Positions 28,090 to 40,425 of a DNA stretch of 64,000 nucleotides are shown here, piece by piece. Position numbers and translations under genes: made by a program. Position 1 is the first letter of the stretch, and each line of letters opens with the position of its first letter. This stretch comes from Aplysia californica (taxonomy: Eukaryota). A model generated the notes under the pieces. The model had not been told where the DNA came from, searched no databases, and saw only the letters and a list, made by a program, of their open reading frames with translations. The stretch lies in assembly GCF_000002075.1 (NCBI RefSeq), contig NW_004797821.1, positions 176,604 through 240,603 of the forward strand, read 5' to 3'.

Positions 28090-28268
28090 TGTAGTAAGAA
28101 TTATATGATTATGGCACTTGCAACATGATAAGTTCTAGAAGTCCCAAAGATCAGGCATTACAAGAGAGTAATATATATATACCAAAAAGGAGACAAGATA
28201 AGGACACTAGAAGTTTGATGATAAGAAAAAAGGAACAAATCACACCAGAGCACCTGGCAACCGCCAAC
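28090..28268 (-). mobile_element. Family A copy downstream of the DDB2 stop
   Basis: ggcacttgcaac...acaagagagtaa...cacaccagagcacctggcaacc. Confidence 0.7.
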
Positions 28269-28734
28269 AAGACAGAAACAACAGCCAGGAAAGAAAAGAA
28301 GCAGGAAGTAATAAGAGAGGAGCCCTCCAACCACACGCCATCAACAAAACACTTACGGAGGAGGCTATTTATATACACGTGACGGCAGCTCACTACAGCA
28401 GATGGAAACATTCGGTCAGTCAACATTCAAACGACCATTTTGATGAGACAGAGAGACACCCCATCTGCATCTTTGTAGATAATTACACATGTCAACTGGG
28501 GGCACGAATTGTTATAAAAGCAACAAAACATGTGAGCTGTCTTTTTGTTGGTAAATTCCAGTTATGTCTGTAAATTGTGGGAACTACAACTGCTGAAAAC
28601 ATAAGGTTGGTCCGCTTTCAAACAACCATTTTGATCAGATAACGGGATCTGTTTGCATCTTTGTGATAATCACACACAACAACTGAGGACATGAATTGTA
28701 ATAACAGCAGAAAAAACGAGACCTGTCTAGAGGT

Positions 28735-28859
28735 CCTACATTCCAGTACTGTCCGTAAAAGCGGCACAAAATATCTGGTCAAAATTGTCACTGCCCTACA
28801 TTCCAGTACTGTCTGTAAAAGCGGCACAAAATATCTGGTCAAAATTGTCACTGCCCTAC
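28735..28859. repeat. 60-bp tandem duplication in the DDB2 3' UTR
   Basis: cctacattccagtactgtcYgtaaaagcggcacaaaatatctggtcaaaattgtcactgc x2. Confidence 0.9.
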
Positions 28860-28879
28860 CTGCCACTGGCCACCCAGAA

Positions 28880-29205
28880 TCACTTTGCCGGTTTCTTCCC
28901 TTGTGAAGACTTTGAACCTTTCCCTGACGACTCTTTTCCCTCTTTGGTGTTTCTTTTCCGAGACGCTTCCGCCTTGGCTTTCTTCTTCAAAGCTGTGATG
29001 TCGTAATCGTGGTCACTATTTCCTCGCTTCTTCTTCCCGTCTCCGCCACCCGTCCTTCCACTTCCTCCTGACTTTGGTCGTCCCGTGCTGCCGCTGGACC
29101 TCTCCCACAGACCACCGTACGTCCTGGCCAGCTCATCCCGCTCTTTCTCCGAGGCGAAATCCTCCTCAAGCAAAGACTGATGGGACCACAAATGCACTTG
29201 GAACC
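28880..29205 (-). CDS. DDB2: DDB2 last coding exon (GFQVHLWS plus a ~100-aa K/R/G/S-rich tail)
   Basis: ttctcag acceptor; GFQVHLWS corresponds to human GYHILIWS; open to TGA at 28882-28880. Total CDS 1908 nt = 635 aa. Confidence 0.9.
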
Positions 29206-29229
29206 CTGAGAAAACAAGTCAACTGTTTT

Positions 29230-29748
29230 TTTAAGTTTTAGTAGAGGTTTTACGGCACTTGCAACTGCATAAGGTCATATGAGCGCCAAGGGGTGGATGT
29301 CAACAGAGAAGTCCTTAAAGGGAATCAGACTTACTCTGCTCACCTCTCTAGCTTTAACAGCACAAAGTCTGCTTCGACTATCAAGGCACCCCGGAAATAG
29401 TGGGTCATAAGATGTATGTATAGTATAGTATAAGGTTTTACGGCGCTCGCAACTGCTAAGGTCATAAGAGTGTGAGAAACATACAAAAGAAGTAGTGGAC
29501 AAATGACAATAGTAAGGATTAGGAAAGAAAAAGCAGCAGTTCCCTGTTATAGATCAGGCACACATGAGCATGACATTGATGAATCAGCCCATTTACAATT
29601 CTACTGTGCATGAACGAGAAATGTCCTTCCTTTGGGAATGGCCTAAAGACACTTTAGTCAGTGGCACTGCCCCGGGGGGGACGAGAAATGTCCCCCCTTT
29701 GGGAATGGCCTAAAGACACTTCAGTCAGTGGCACCGCCCCGGGGGGGG
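29230..29748 (-). mobile_element. Family B retroposon with duplicated head and a nested tail
   Basis: Collinear with 44624-45020; same 3' hairpin tail as family A. Confidence 0.85.
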
Positions 29749-29959
29749 TAGGGTTTTACTGTAATTCAAAGATGGTAATTAACTCCTTCTAAAAATGTCC
29801 TGACAGAACTGTTTGTTTCAGTTCGAGGTATTACAGCACTTGCAAGACAAATCGCCAGCCTGACAACTGAAAAGGCAAAACAGCAAAAAGACCCCCCCTC
29901 CGGAATTACAGAAGAATAGAAAAGAAAGAAAGCCTAGAACAAATCCCTAAACAACTTAC

Positions 29960-30005
29960 CCATTGAAGTCAAAAGCTTGTCTCCAGTGTTATTGAACTTG
30001 CACAG
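29960..30005 (-). CDS. DDB2: DDB2 coding exon 8 (LCKFNNTGDKLLTSM)
   Basis: tctacag acceptor, gtaagt donor, 46 nt; matches LNEFNPMGDTLASAM. Confidence 0.92.
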
Positions 30006-30114
30006 CTGTAGAAAGAAGAAAGGGCAAAGAAACTTATGAAGACCTACAATCCTACAATTTGACGAGATTTCTTTTGTTTGGAAGCCTTTTACGTTAAAAG
30101 TTAAAAAATTGATT

Positions 30115-30296
30115 CGTTTTAGTTTTAGTAGAGGTTTTACGGCGCTCGCAAATGCAGAAGGTCATATGAGCGCCAGAAGATTAGAGGTGTTACAAGAGAG
30201 TAACAAACATAAAAAAGAAGAAGGGGAGATAAGGACAATAGATGTTTGATAGGAAAGAAGAAGCAAACCACACCAGAGCACCCGCCAACCACCCAC
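30115..30296 (-). mobile_element. Family A copy, full length
   Basis: TSD aaaaattgatt at 30104-30114 and 30297-30307. Confidence 0.9.
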
Positions 30297-30748
30297 AAAA
30301 ATTGATTATTGCATCATGCTTAATTCATTGAAACAATCTGCGCAAATCCTCAGCACAGCAAAATGCATCCAGAAAAGCCCAGCCTTTCGTATTTTCAAAA
30401 TCAGAGTGTTAATGAGAAAAAAAATTTCAGTTATGTTTTATCCATGTCTTAGCAGTGGCATGACATCACTGTGCAACTTCAGTATACGTTTTATCAAGCA
30501 TTTTGCAGTATTTGCAACATACATAGATTATATAAGTGTCAAAGATTAGGAGTGTTAAAAAAAATAGCAACAAACACAAAAAAAGGAGAGATAAGAACGA
30601 TAGATGATAGACATGAAAGAAAGAGTAAACCACACCAGACAAAGTGAGAGGGGTAAGAAAATGACAATCTTCTTGCGCCCCCCCCCCCTTCCCAAATAGC
30701 CCCTAAAACACTGAAATCAACAACACCATGCACAAGCTCACAGAGACA

Positions 30749-31259
30749 GTTTAGGTTTTAGTTAGAGTTTTACGGCACTTGCAACACAATAAGGTCGTAA
30801 TATAAGTGCCACAGATTAGAGATGTTAAATGAGAGTAATATACAGAAAAAAGAAAGAGGAGAGATAAGGACGATAGATGTTTGATAGGAAAGAAGGAGCA
30901 AACTACACCAGAGCACCCGCCAACCACCCGCATACATAAAAAAGGAGAGATAAGGACAATAGATGTTTGATAGGAAAGAAGGAGCAAACCTCACCAGAGC
31001 ACCCGCCAACCACCCGCATACATAAAAAAGGAGAGATAAGGACGATAGATGTTTGATAGGACAGAAGGAGCAAACTACACCAGAGCACCCGCCAACCACC
31101 CGCATACATAAAAAAGGAGAGATAAGGACGATAGACGTTTGATAGGACAGAAGGAGCAAACCACACCAGAGCACCCGCCAACCACCCGCATACATAAAAA
31201 AGGGGAGATAAGGACGATAGACGTTTGACAGGACAGAAGGAGCATACCACACCAGAGCA
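30749..31259 (-). mobile_element. Family A copy with 86-bp tandem expansion (~4.6 units)
   Basis: Units start at 30861, 30947, 31033, 31119 and 31205; TSD ctcacagagaca at 30737-30748 and 31260-31271. Confidence 0.9.
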
Positions 31260-31264
31260 CTCAC

Positions 31265-31426
31265 AGAGACAATCTTGTCGTGGCGCACGTCCTTCATCTC
31301 ACACCTGTGCCTGCCCGTGGCTGCGTCATAAATGTCCACCATTCGGTACGGCCCCAGCTCCGGGAAGCAGGTCATGTCCGGGAAACGACCGCAGACGATG
31401 AGGTCCTTCACCGGATGCCAGTACGC
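31265..31426 (-). CDS. DDB2: DDB2 coding exon 7 (AYWHPVKDLIVCGRFPD...RMVDIYDAATG...DKIVS)
   Basis: gtgcag acceptor, gtgagt donor, 162 nt; matches AAWHPRYNLIVVGRYPD. Confidence 0.94.
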
Positions 31427-31960
31427 CTGCACAGACCAGTCACACCTCAGTCAGATGACAGTCACACCTCAGTCAGATGACAGTCAGATGACAGTCAGAT
31501 GNNNNNNNNNNNNNNNNNNNNNNNNNNNNNNNNNNNNNNNNNNNNNNNNNNNNNNNNNNNNNNNNNNNNNNNNNNNNNNNNNNNNNNNNNNNNNNNNNNN
31601 NNNNNNNNNNNNNNNNNNNNNNNNNNNNNNNNNNNNNNNNNNNNNNNNNNNNNNNNNNNNNNNNNNNNNNNNNNNNNNNNNNNNNNNNNNNNNNNNNNNN
31701 NNNNNNNNNNNNNNNNNNNNNNNNNNNNNNNNNNNGGGGGACCCTTCCGCCTTGGCTTTCTTCTTCAAAGCTGTGATGTCATAATCGTGGTCACTATTTC
31801 AGATGACGATGACTATACAAGTAACATACTATTGCTCAGGTATGACAATGACAGAATATTTATGTCACAAGACAGAGACAGACAAGACAGACAAGCATTT
31901 TGTCAAAAAGCAGAATAGACTTGAATAATAATAAGTAAAACGTGCCGACAAAATGAGTTA

Positions 31961-32136
31961 GTTTAGTTTTAGTAGAGGTTTTACGGCGTTCGCAACTGCA
32001 TAAGGTCATATGAGCGCCAGAAGATTAGAGGTGTTACAAGAAAGTAACATAAAAAAGAAGAAGGGGAGATAAGGACGATAGATGGTCGATAGGAAAAAAG
32101 GAGCAAAATACACCAGAGCTCCCGCCAACCACCCAC
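31961..32136 (-). mobile_element. Family A copy, full length
   Basis: TSD caaaatgagtta at 31949-31960 and 32137-32148. Confidence 0.9.
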
Positions 32137-32894
32137 CAAAATGAGTTACTTCTCGGGTTCAAGCCTCAAGGAAATAGATACATCACGCTTATAGCTGAAC
32201 TTTTTACAATTTATAAGTATGAGATAATAAAAGACAGTTTATAATTAAAGAATATGGCATCAATAGAAAATCTACAAATTTGACTCTAATGTCGATTTTT
32301 TGCCAATATCTCCATTTGTGGATTAACAGAAAGTAACCCATTTTGTCAGCACACCTCACATATACTAGACTGGGCACTGTCACGGCCGCCACTCAACCTT
32401 TGCTGTCCATAAAAAACTGCTGCGTTGCTGCGCACCACAGACACTCACATGAAGGGCAGAACACAAGTCTTGCTATTATTAAGTATGTCAATAGCTTTCT
32501 CCTATATGCCCTTCGTTTGGTTCTAAACAGAGTCAAAAGGTAAGCTCCACTGAAAACTGGAATAACGTCAGGAGCGCCCTGGTCTTGGATTATATAAACA
32601 AGTCACAATGGAAGGCAGTTACAACATTTTCCTCATATGACAATACTCAAAAGATAATAAAACATTTTTTGAAACAGGGTGTCCAGGCGAAATGTTCTGT
32701 ACTACTGCCTTCCATAGACTTGATCCATCAGTGCATACAAATTTTTTTAATTTAAGCCTCTGCCAATTTCTCGAGGCTGTTTGAGGGAGACCGACACAGC
32801 AGTAACGTGACCCTCACCCTCACCTTATCGCCAAATTCCCTGAACACCGGGGGGAGGGGGTGCGATAAAATAGTCTTTAGAAAAAAGAATTGAC

Positions 32895-33037
32895 CTTTAT
32901 GGGTGTCAGATGCTGGAAGAAGCGGTGCGGATGCTTTATCCTCGTCTCCAGGTGCCACAGCGGAGCTCGGTAAACTCGCAAGTCGTCGAACTGGTCAGTG
33001 GTGAGAAGTCGGCAGCCATCAGTCAGACTGAAGTAGG
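32895..33037 (-). CDS. DDB2: DDB2 coding exon 6 ([16 protein letters not shown]...[13 protein letters not shown])
   Basis: cttccag acceptor, gtcaat donor, 143 nt; contains the lesion-probing FQH hairpin ([13 protein letters not shown]). Confidence 0.96.
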
Positions 33038-33139
33038 CTGGAAGGGGGGAGCAGGGTGCAGACGTTTTACAAACAGGTCAAGGCCTCATAATACTGTTGT
33101 TTGAGTTAAAGGGAAACACACCAACAATACAATGGTATG

Positions 33140-33523
33140 TTTTATTTTTAGTTATACTACCAGTTTTTACGGCACTTGCAATACAATATGATCAAATAAG
33201 TGCCGAAGATTAGAGGTGTTACCAGAGAGTTTACAAACACAAGCAAGAGAGCAAAGAAATAAGACCTAGCAATGACGTCCTCCACTCAACCGTCACCAAT
33301 GTTTCACAATGACAATTCATTTAGTAGTAAAAGAACCTCACAAACCAAAGAGCGGACTCTAATAGTCAAAGCAGACTTTGTTTTGTTTTAGTAAAAGTTT
33401 TTCGGCGCTCGCAACTGCATAAGGTCATATAAGCGCCAAGAGGTGGATGTCAACAGAGAAGTCCAAATGGGGAATCAGGCTTACTCGTCTCACCTCTCTA
33501 GTTTCAACAGCACAAAGTCTGCT
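33140..33523 (-). mobile_element. Truncated family A copy (33140-33265) and family B 3' part (33378-33523, runs into a gap)
   Basis: Tail hairpins and family-specific bodies. Confidence 0.8.
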
Positions 33524-33867
33524 NNNNNNNNNNNNNNNNNNNNNNNNNNNNNNNNNNNNNNNNNNNNNNNNNNNNNNNNNNNNNNNNNNNNNNNNNNNNN
33601 NNNNNNNNNNNNNNNNNNNNNNNNNNNNNNNNNNNNNNNNNNNNNNNNNNNNNNNNNNNNNNNNNNNNNNNNNNNNNNNNNNNNNNNNNNNNNNNNNNNN
33701 NNNNNNNNNNNNNNNNNNNNNNNNNNNNNNNNNNNNNNNNNNNNNNNNNNNNNNNNNNNNNNNNNNNNNNNNNNNNNNNNNNNNNNNNNNNNNNNNNNNN
33801 NGGGGGAACAGCTGAAAAGGAGAGAAAATCATAAAATGAGTTTCAAAAGCAGCATTAGCAGACATAC

Positions 33868-34042
33868 CTGAGTTGACTCCCCTGTCATGCAGTAAACACG
33901 CCATGGGTGCAGTCTCCTTAATCATGCGCATATCCCACATTTTGACCGTGTGGTCCAAGGACGCGGTGCACAGCAAGGCCGGCTCTCGCGGGGAAAACTC
34001 GGCATGAGTCACCTTCTTCTTGTGGAGTCGCTTGGTCCACAC
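33868..34042 (-). CDS. DDB2: DDB2 coding exon 5 (VWTKRLHKKKVTHAEF...TASLDHTVKMWDMR...)
   Basis: cacccag acceptor, gtatgt donor, 175 nt; HKKKVTH and WDxR motifs of DDB2. Confidence 0.95.
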
Positions 34043-34058
34043 CTGGGTGGAGAAAGTT

Positions 34059-34232
34059 GTTTTAGTTTTAGTAAGAGTTTTACGGCACTTGCAACACAAT
34101 AAGGTCATATAAGTGCCGGAGAATAGATGTGATACAAGAGAGTAACAAAATGCACAAAAAAGGTGGAGAGATAAAGATGATAGATGTTTGGTAGGAAAGC
34201 AAACCAAACCAGAGCACCCACCAACCACCCAC
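34059..34232 (-). mobile_element. Family A copy abutting a DDB2 acceptor
   Basis: Full head-to-tail match; the tail ends ~16 nt from the exon start at 34042. Confidence 0.88.
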
Positions 34233-34745
34233 AAAAAATAAAAAATGACAGACAAACAAAAGAGGGAAAGTAAAATTATTACAACAATCTTGTGTGCCAC
34301 AAAATTTGCCTGAAAAGATGCAGGCTTGTGTCCAAGAACCATCCTATCTAGTGACATCTTTGAGAAATCAAACGTAAAACTTCAAGACTTGATATCTCTG
34401 CCTTGAGTCGATAACTCTGCAAAGCCGTTATCTTAAAATGCTTGCTTTCATGACAGCTGTTCACTTTTAAAAACTTAGTTGAAACTGGCTTAAAAATCCT
34501 AGATTAACAAAATTAATAAATAAAATTAAAAAACCATTGCTGAAAATGCTCCATCTATAATTCAAAGGTCAAAAAATGAACGCAAAAAAAAAAAAAAAAA
34601 ACGCACATGAAGACCGCAGACTAGAGTATACATTCCCGCTGTGGGCAGCTTACCAACGAGGTAATTAAATTTCTTTGCCTGCAGCACACTTATAAACACA
34701 GCAGATAGGCATACGGTAGAAGAGTCAAACAGTGTGATCTCTTAC

Positions 34746-34845
34746 TGTCTCGCCGCCTCTGGACTGTAGGTGGACGCGTCCCGTGCTGTGACCAAACACC
34801 ACCAAGTCCTCTCGCTGGTGAACGTCCAGGGAGCAGAACCAGTTC
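34746..34845 (-). CDS. DDB2: DDB2 coding exon 4 (NWFCSLDVHQREDLVVFGHSTGRVHLQSRGGET)
   Basis: cccgcag acceptor, gtaag donor, 100 nt; WFCSLDV motif. Confidence 0.93.
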
Positions 34846-34951
34846 CTGCGGGATACCGAGGGGTGAAAAGGGCGGAAAATGACAAAACTTTACATCTCTG
34901 TCTTCCACCTACGAACAGAACGTATACAGCTCAACTTTCACTTAAACAGAA

Positions 34952-35117
34952 TTAGTTTTAGTAACAGTTTTACGACACTTGGTCATATAGGTTCCAAAGA
35001 CTAGAGGAGTTACAAGAGAGTAACAAACACAAAAAAGATGGAGGGGAGATAAAGACGATAGATGTTTGATATAGGAAAGAAGAAGCAAACCACACCAGAG
35101 CACCCACCAACCAACCA
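34952..35117 (-). mobile_element. Family A copy
   Basis: Head cacccaccaaccaaccac, body and tail present. Confidence 0.82.
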
Positions 35118-35119
35118 CT

Positions 35120-35335
35120 AAACCATAATAAAACTAGAACTTCCCCCAATGTGTCCTTTGAGTGACTACGCATATATGAGATTGTGGATCATCACCTGCT
35201 CCACTGCACAGCCCTAAATGACATCAGAACTACCCTTCTCCCTCCGAGACCTAACATTGACAACACACTCTACGGAACATTACAGCAAACCTGCACTTAT
35301 CAGTCACAACACGGCATTGGACAGAAGGGCGAGAG
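35120..35335 (+). mobile_element. 3' end of LINE ORF2 (I/Nimb/Ingi-like zinc finger)
   Basis: LPPMCPL....EIVDHHLLHCTALNDIR..LLP......TLYG. Confidence 0.55.
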
Positions 35336-35354
35336 TATGTATATATATATATAA

Positions 35355-38300
35355 CGTCGATGGGATTCACAAACCGGCTACATGCAAAAATTTCAAAAAT
35401 CTTTTTATTTGCTTAATGAATAGTAAATAGCCTAATACGTGTCCCCAATAAATATTAGGTTCGAAAAAAAACTAGAAATACGTTTTAATTGATACTTTCC
35501 AAAACGGACACCTGCAGCTGATGGAAAAATGGGATCTCCAAACCGGCCATGTACATAGCCGCATCGGTTTCACCAGACCGTCGCGACACGCGTTGACACG
35601 TGCCATCGAAAACCGGCTACATGCTTCCCCGCCGCGCATCACCCCGACCGTTCCGTATGGTTTTTTTCTCTTGAACTAGACAGAATTGTAAACTGTTATC
35701 AGTGTTCATCGAGATAAATAATATTATAGTCAACAATGAAGTGACTTATAATATAAAGTATTCGTGTGATTCCATTTACTAGATTAGATTTGTCAATTAA
35801 TTTATGCATCTAGATGAGACATAAGAACATGAAAGATCAATAGAGTTCCAGCCACATTAGGGGCCCGCACCTTTANNNNNNNNNNNNNNNNNNNNNNNNN
35901 NNNNNNNNNNNNNNNNNNNNNNNNNNNNNNNNNNNNNNNNNNNNNNNNNNNNNNNNNNNNNNNNNNNNNNNNNNNNNNNNNNNNNNNNNNNNNNNNNNNN
36001 NNNNNNNNNNNNNNNNNNNNNNNNNNNNNNNNNNNNNNNNNNNNNNNNNNNNNNNNNNNNNNNNNNNNNNNNNNNNNNNNNNNNNNNNNNNNNNNNNNNN
36101 NNNNNNNNNNNNNNNNNNNNNNNNNNNNNNNNNNNNNNNNNNNNNNNNNNNNNNNNNNNNNNNNNNNNNNNNNNNNNNNNNNNNNNNNNNNNNNNNNNNN
36201 NNNNNNNNNNNNNNNNNNNNNNNNNNNNNNNNNNNNNNNNNNNNNNNNNNNNNNNNNNNNNNNNNNNNNNNNNNNNNNNNNNNNNNNNNNNNNNNNNNNN
36301 NNNNNNNNNNNNNNNNNNNNNNNNNNNNNNNNNNNNNNNNNNNNNNNNNNNNNNNNNNNNNNNNNNNNNNNNNNNNNNNNNNNNNNNNNNNNNNNNNNNN
36401 NNNNNNNNNNNNNNNNNNNNNNNNNNNNNNNNNNNNNNNNNNNNTTAATTGTTGTATTATAGCACACTCTAGTGTTAGCTGCTGCAGAGCAACTGTAATA
36501 ACAGTAGTAATACCATCATTATACTCATCATCATCAGCAGCAGCAGCAACAGCAGCAGCAGGAGAAGTAGTAATACAAAACTAATACTATAAATATTATA
36601 GAAAATATTTTAATAATAATATGCACTTTATTGTTACTATTTCATTGTTGACATTCTGGATGCAATCCTTTTTGTTCTTGGAATTATCCTACGCTGTGAC
36701 CATGGGTGTGAACTGATATTATTCATTGGTCTCTTCGCAAAATTAAACGTTTCAGTCGTGATGTATACTATATTGTGTCAGACATCATTTTCTTACGATT
36801 CACTTGTCACGCATCAATAAAGTTATCTATTCAAGTATTTGGTTTTAGTATTATTATGCCAGAGATATATTTATCAGAGAGAGTGGTTCCACGCAAAAAC
36901 CTCCGACGGCATCATCTGTGATTCACGATTGGTAAAGAAAGGACCAAGAGCAAGTCATCGAAAGAGAGAAAAAAAACTCCCGGAATATGAAATGGCTATC
37001 TTTGTCAGGTTTACAGAATAGTTCATACACGTTAATGCAGTTCTTCTATAATAATTAATGCTAGCCCTTTTCAAATACCACTTTCTTGACATTTTGACAT
37101 GAGTCTGACTGAGGATACATGATGGATTCCCGATGTCGAGATAGATGCCCGGTAAAGCTGAGTCTAGCAAAGACATTGGAGAAGACTGCGGAGTGCAAGG
37201 GCACTCCAGCAAGTTATCCACGATTCACCTCTATCATGGAGCCACGGTATTGCCCATGGCTATCACCATCGACTCCGCTTCACCCTGGTGTTTTGTACAT
37301 TTCACTTTCAGAAAGTGTCGATGGTCTTCTTAAGAATGACCCTGAGTTTGAGATTTTTCTTTAAACTATTGCCAGAGATCCCTACAGCTGTAGGCAGCAA
37401 TAACGAGGGAACTAATGGACATAGAATTGGAAGGCGGCGGAAGGCATGTGTGATGTATGCAGAAGGAATGGATTTTTGTGACAAGATTATGGACAAGTGC
37501 GGCAGGGAGGTGGGTAGAAGAGGAATGGAAGAAGGAAATGGTAAAATTGATCATTGTGAGGGACTGCCTTCTCGAAAATAACAGATTGACTAGCACAACT
37601 GGAGACGAAATGAGACCAAAAGATTGGAATAACAAAAGCTAGAATAGCTCCACAAATCCAAAAGATACTCTTGTCAGAATAATAGATGCCATTGTGACGA
37701 ATTCAGTTATAAGGAAAGAGACAGATTTTTTTAAAAGCAGTATGGAGACTCACATGGGTACAGAAGCGTACATTTGTAATTCATTTTTAAAAAAGATGAT
37801 GTGATCGGGAGAAGTGTTTTGTGCGTCTGGATCAAGCCGGTCTGAAGAGACCAAAGGTTCAGAAAATAAAGCGCATTCAGACATTTTCAACAACGTAGCT
37901 GACAGTTAGCGGAGAAAGTTTGTTGACAGTTATTTATTATGTCAACCATCAGACTTTGGAACATGATGGGTTAGGAACTGGGCGATGAACGAGCATTCAA
38001 ACAGGAATGCACGTGTGGCCGTTGTATCCTCAGTGTTGAGGGATTCTTCAACAAGTTATCACGAGTATCATTACATTGAGGCCCCTTTCCAAAGTTTCGC
38101 TGACGTGTAATGGCTCTACACTTCAGAGTATACAGAAATGAAGAAACCCTCCCTCTGGTGAAGCAAATTTTCGACGAGCTCAACTTGGCTCTGTTCTGTC
38201 CTCGTGAGTATTGTTGCGATATTTACGTGATTATTGCGGCAACGTGCGTGAACACGCTTGGTTGAAACATTGAACGTGTGAAGAAACAAACAGAAAGCCA

Positions 38301-40343
38301 CAGCCGACAAGGAAATAGCCATCAAGTCCTTAGGTGAAGATGAAAAACACTCTGGTGTTGAATGGACGTGCCAGCTGTTCCTTTGGAACTAGGAGCAATG
38401 CGTCTTCTCAGTATTACAAAATTAAAATATCAGTGCATCATTTTACGTTCTACAACGTTGCTGAGAACGATGTGGTGGGCTGAGGCAAAACGAATTTGCA
38501 ACGTACATTACAATCGCCTTTCTGAAAGGAATCCTGGCTGCCAAAAGTAACTCTTATACGGAGATGATTGGACATACCAAACCGATATTCGACATCGGCA
38601 AAGCCGCTTCTTTTTTGTGCCTTGAAACAGGGTTCAAATTTAACAAAGAATACCAGGAAAGGAGCATCTTACAAATGGAAGTGTGTTTCCGAGCTCAATT
38701 ATATCGAGAGGAGGTTGAAGACTCCTCTACCTATGTGTCAGCCCAGTATGTCCATAAAATACAGTTATCACGCTCAAACCCCATCCACACCATGTGAAAT
38801 ATCTGCAACACCAAAAACCTTCAGGATTACAAAAGCATTTCTGACCATTTCTAACCCTGCAGGAGAGTCGGGGACTCTTCGGTGGTGGACTGGAGGTGTA
38901 TCCTGATGAGTCACGGAGGTGGGCCCCACCAAATTCTCCCAAGAGGTCAAACCAACCAAAGTGGGAGCTGGTTGACCCAACGCCTGTCTACAATAGCTCC
39001 AGGAAAATGAAAAACGGAAAAATACTAACATCTCCAAACGTTGTAAGAGGTCATGCCAGTTGAATACCATCCATTTTACCACGCTCTGTCAACTAACTAG
39101 CACCGAACAATGCTCATAGGGAAAGTAGAGACTTACAATCATTGAATTCTATGTAGCTTACACTGTTTCATTGTTTATTATAATGTAGCAACTCAAGTGT
39201 GAGAAATGATGAAAGATAGTGTACAGGAAGAAATGAGCCCATCTATGTGCAATCAAACGATACTAATATTCTTTCAATCACACCCCATACAATAAGATGC
39301 AAAGGGACCAAGTTTTAAATGTTATTATAATTCAGCCGAGAATCGAACCCATAACCTCCCGATCCAGATTAGAGCCCCGAGACCAACGTTTGCCATACCA
39401 AGGCCCTGCCCTTTGGGGATATCGAACAAAAGTGGAGGTTTCTCAGACAAATACTCAAAAAAAGTCTTGTCCTGGCTTTTTAAACAACTGAATTTGTGTT
39501 GGTTTGGGGTTTTGTTTGATATTTTTGTAAACACAGAGATGTCTTCTTATCAACAATTCTAGTCAAAGAATTGATGACCTGGCACTTTGGGATATTTCAC
39601 GTAGTACAGCCAAAGTTCTGCACGGGCAAATATACCCCCCCCCCCCCTATTCCTCTTGAATAACCTAATAGTGTTGATAGGGCATTGAACCTTAACCATT
39701 GCACATGTTCAAGTACATGTATTGGCCTTCAGACACCGGGTCGACGACTTCTCCTAGTACTGGTCACCTAAGATAAAATACTAGGCGAGAGGGCATCTAG
39801 GATGTTAAATTAAATTCATTAAAATTTTCGTCATGAATCGACAGGTAACAAAGTTTGAACCCACACCTCCCAGTAACCAGGTTACTAACAAAGGGCCAGT
39901 CAAAGCACTAAACTTGTCATTCTAATCTAAAGCATTTTGTGTATGAATCGACCAGGTTAAGATTCAAACCCAGTTTGAACCAGTCAGCTTTCATTAAGAT
40001 AGATCTATTAGTTCAAATTCTATAACTCGCCGTCGTCCATGTAGATCTCGGCCTATACTTATTATGACGGCGAACAGTGGCACAGAGCTGCGACGAACCG
40101 GCTACATGCAGCCTCGTGTCACGGCTGTGCGGCACATTTTTTGTGATTCCATAACCGGCTACATGCGAAATATAACTATCGGTTGTGGTATTTAAGAAAA
40201 ATCAAGTAGTATTTGGTCCCAACACTTATAACTTAACCTTTTGTATAAAAAAATCAAAGATTGTGGTCCCAACACTTATAACTTAACCTTTTGTATAAAA
40301 ATTTGCTTTTCTGCATGTAGCCGGTTTGTGAATCCCATCGACG
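35355..40343 (+). mobile_element. ~5-kb TIR DNA transposon inserted in (TA)n; decayed interior, possibly Sola1-like
   Basis: Perfect 32-bp TIR cgtcgatgggattcacaaaccggctacatgca (35355-35386 / 40312-40343); remnant MIGHTK and MPVEYHPFYHAL motifs. The superfamily call is tentative. Confidence 0.75.
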
Positions 40344-40425
40344 ATATATATATATATATATATGTATATGCCGGTTTGTGAATCCCATCGACGATATATA
40401 TATACCGGTTTGTGAATCCCATCGA

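Noticed and set aside
37835-37870. Hammerhead ribozyme core (ctgaaga-gacc-aaa-ggtt-ca-gaaa)
   Set aside because: Extra bases break the stem II/GAAA junction and I could not form stems I and III.
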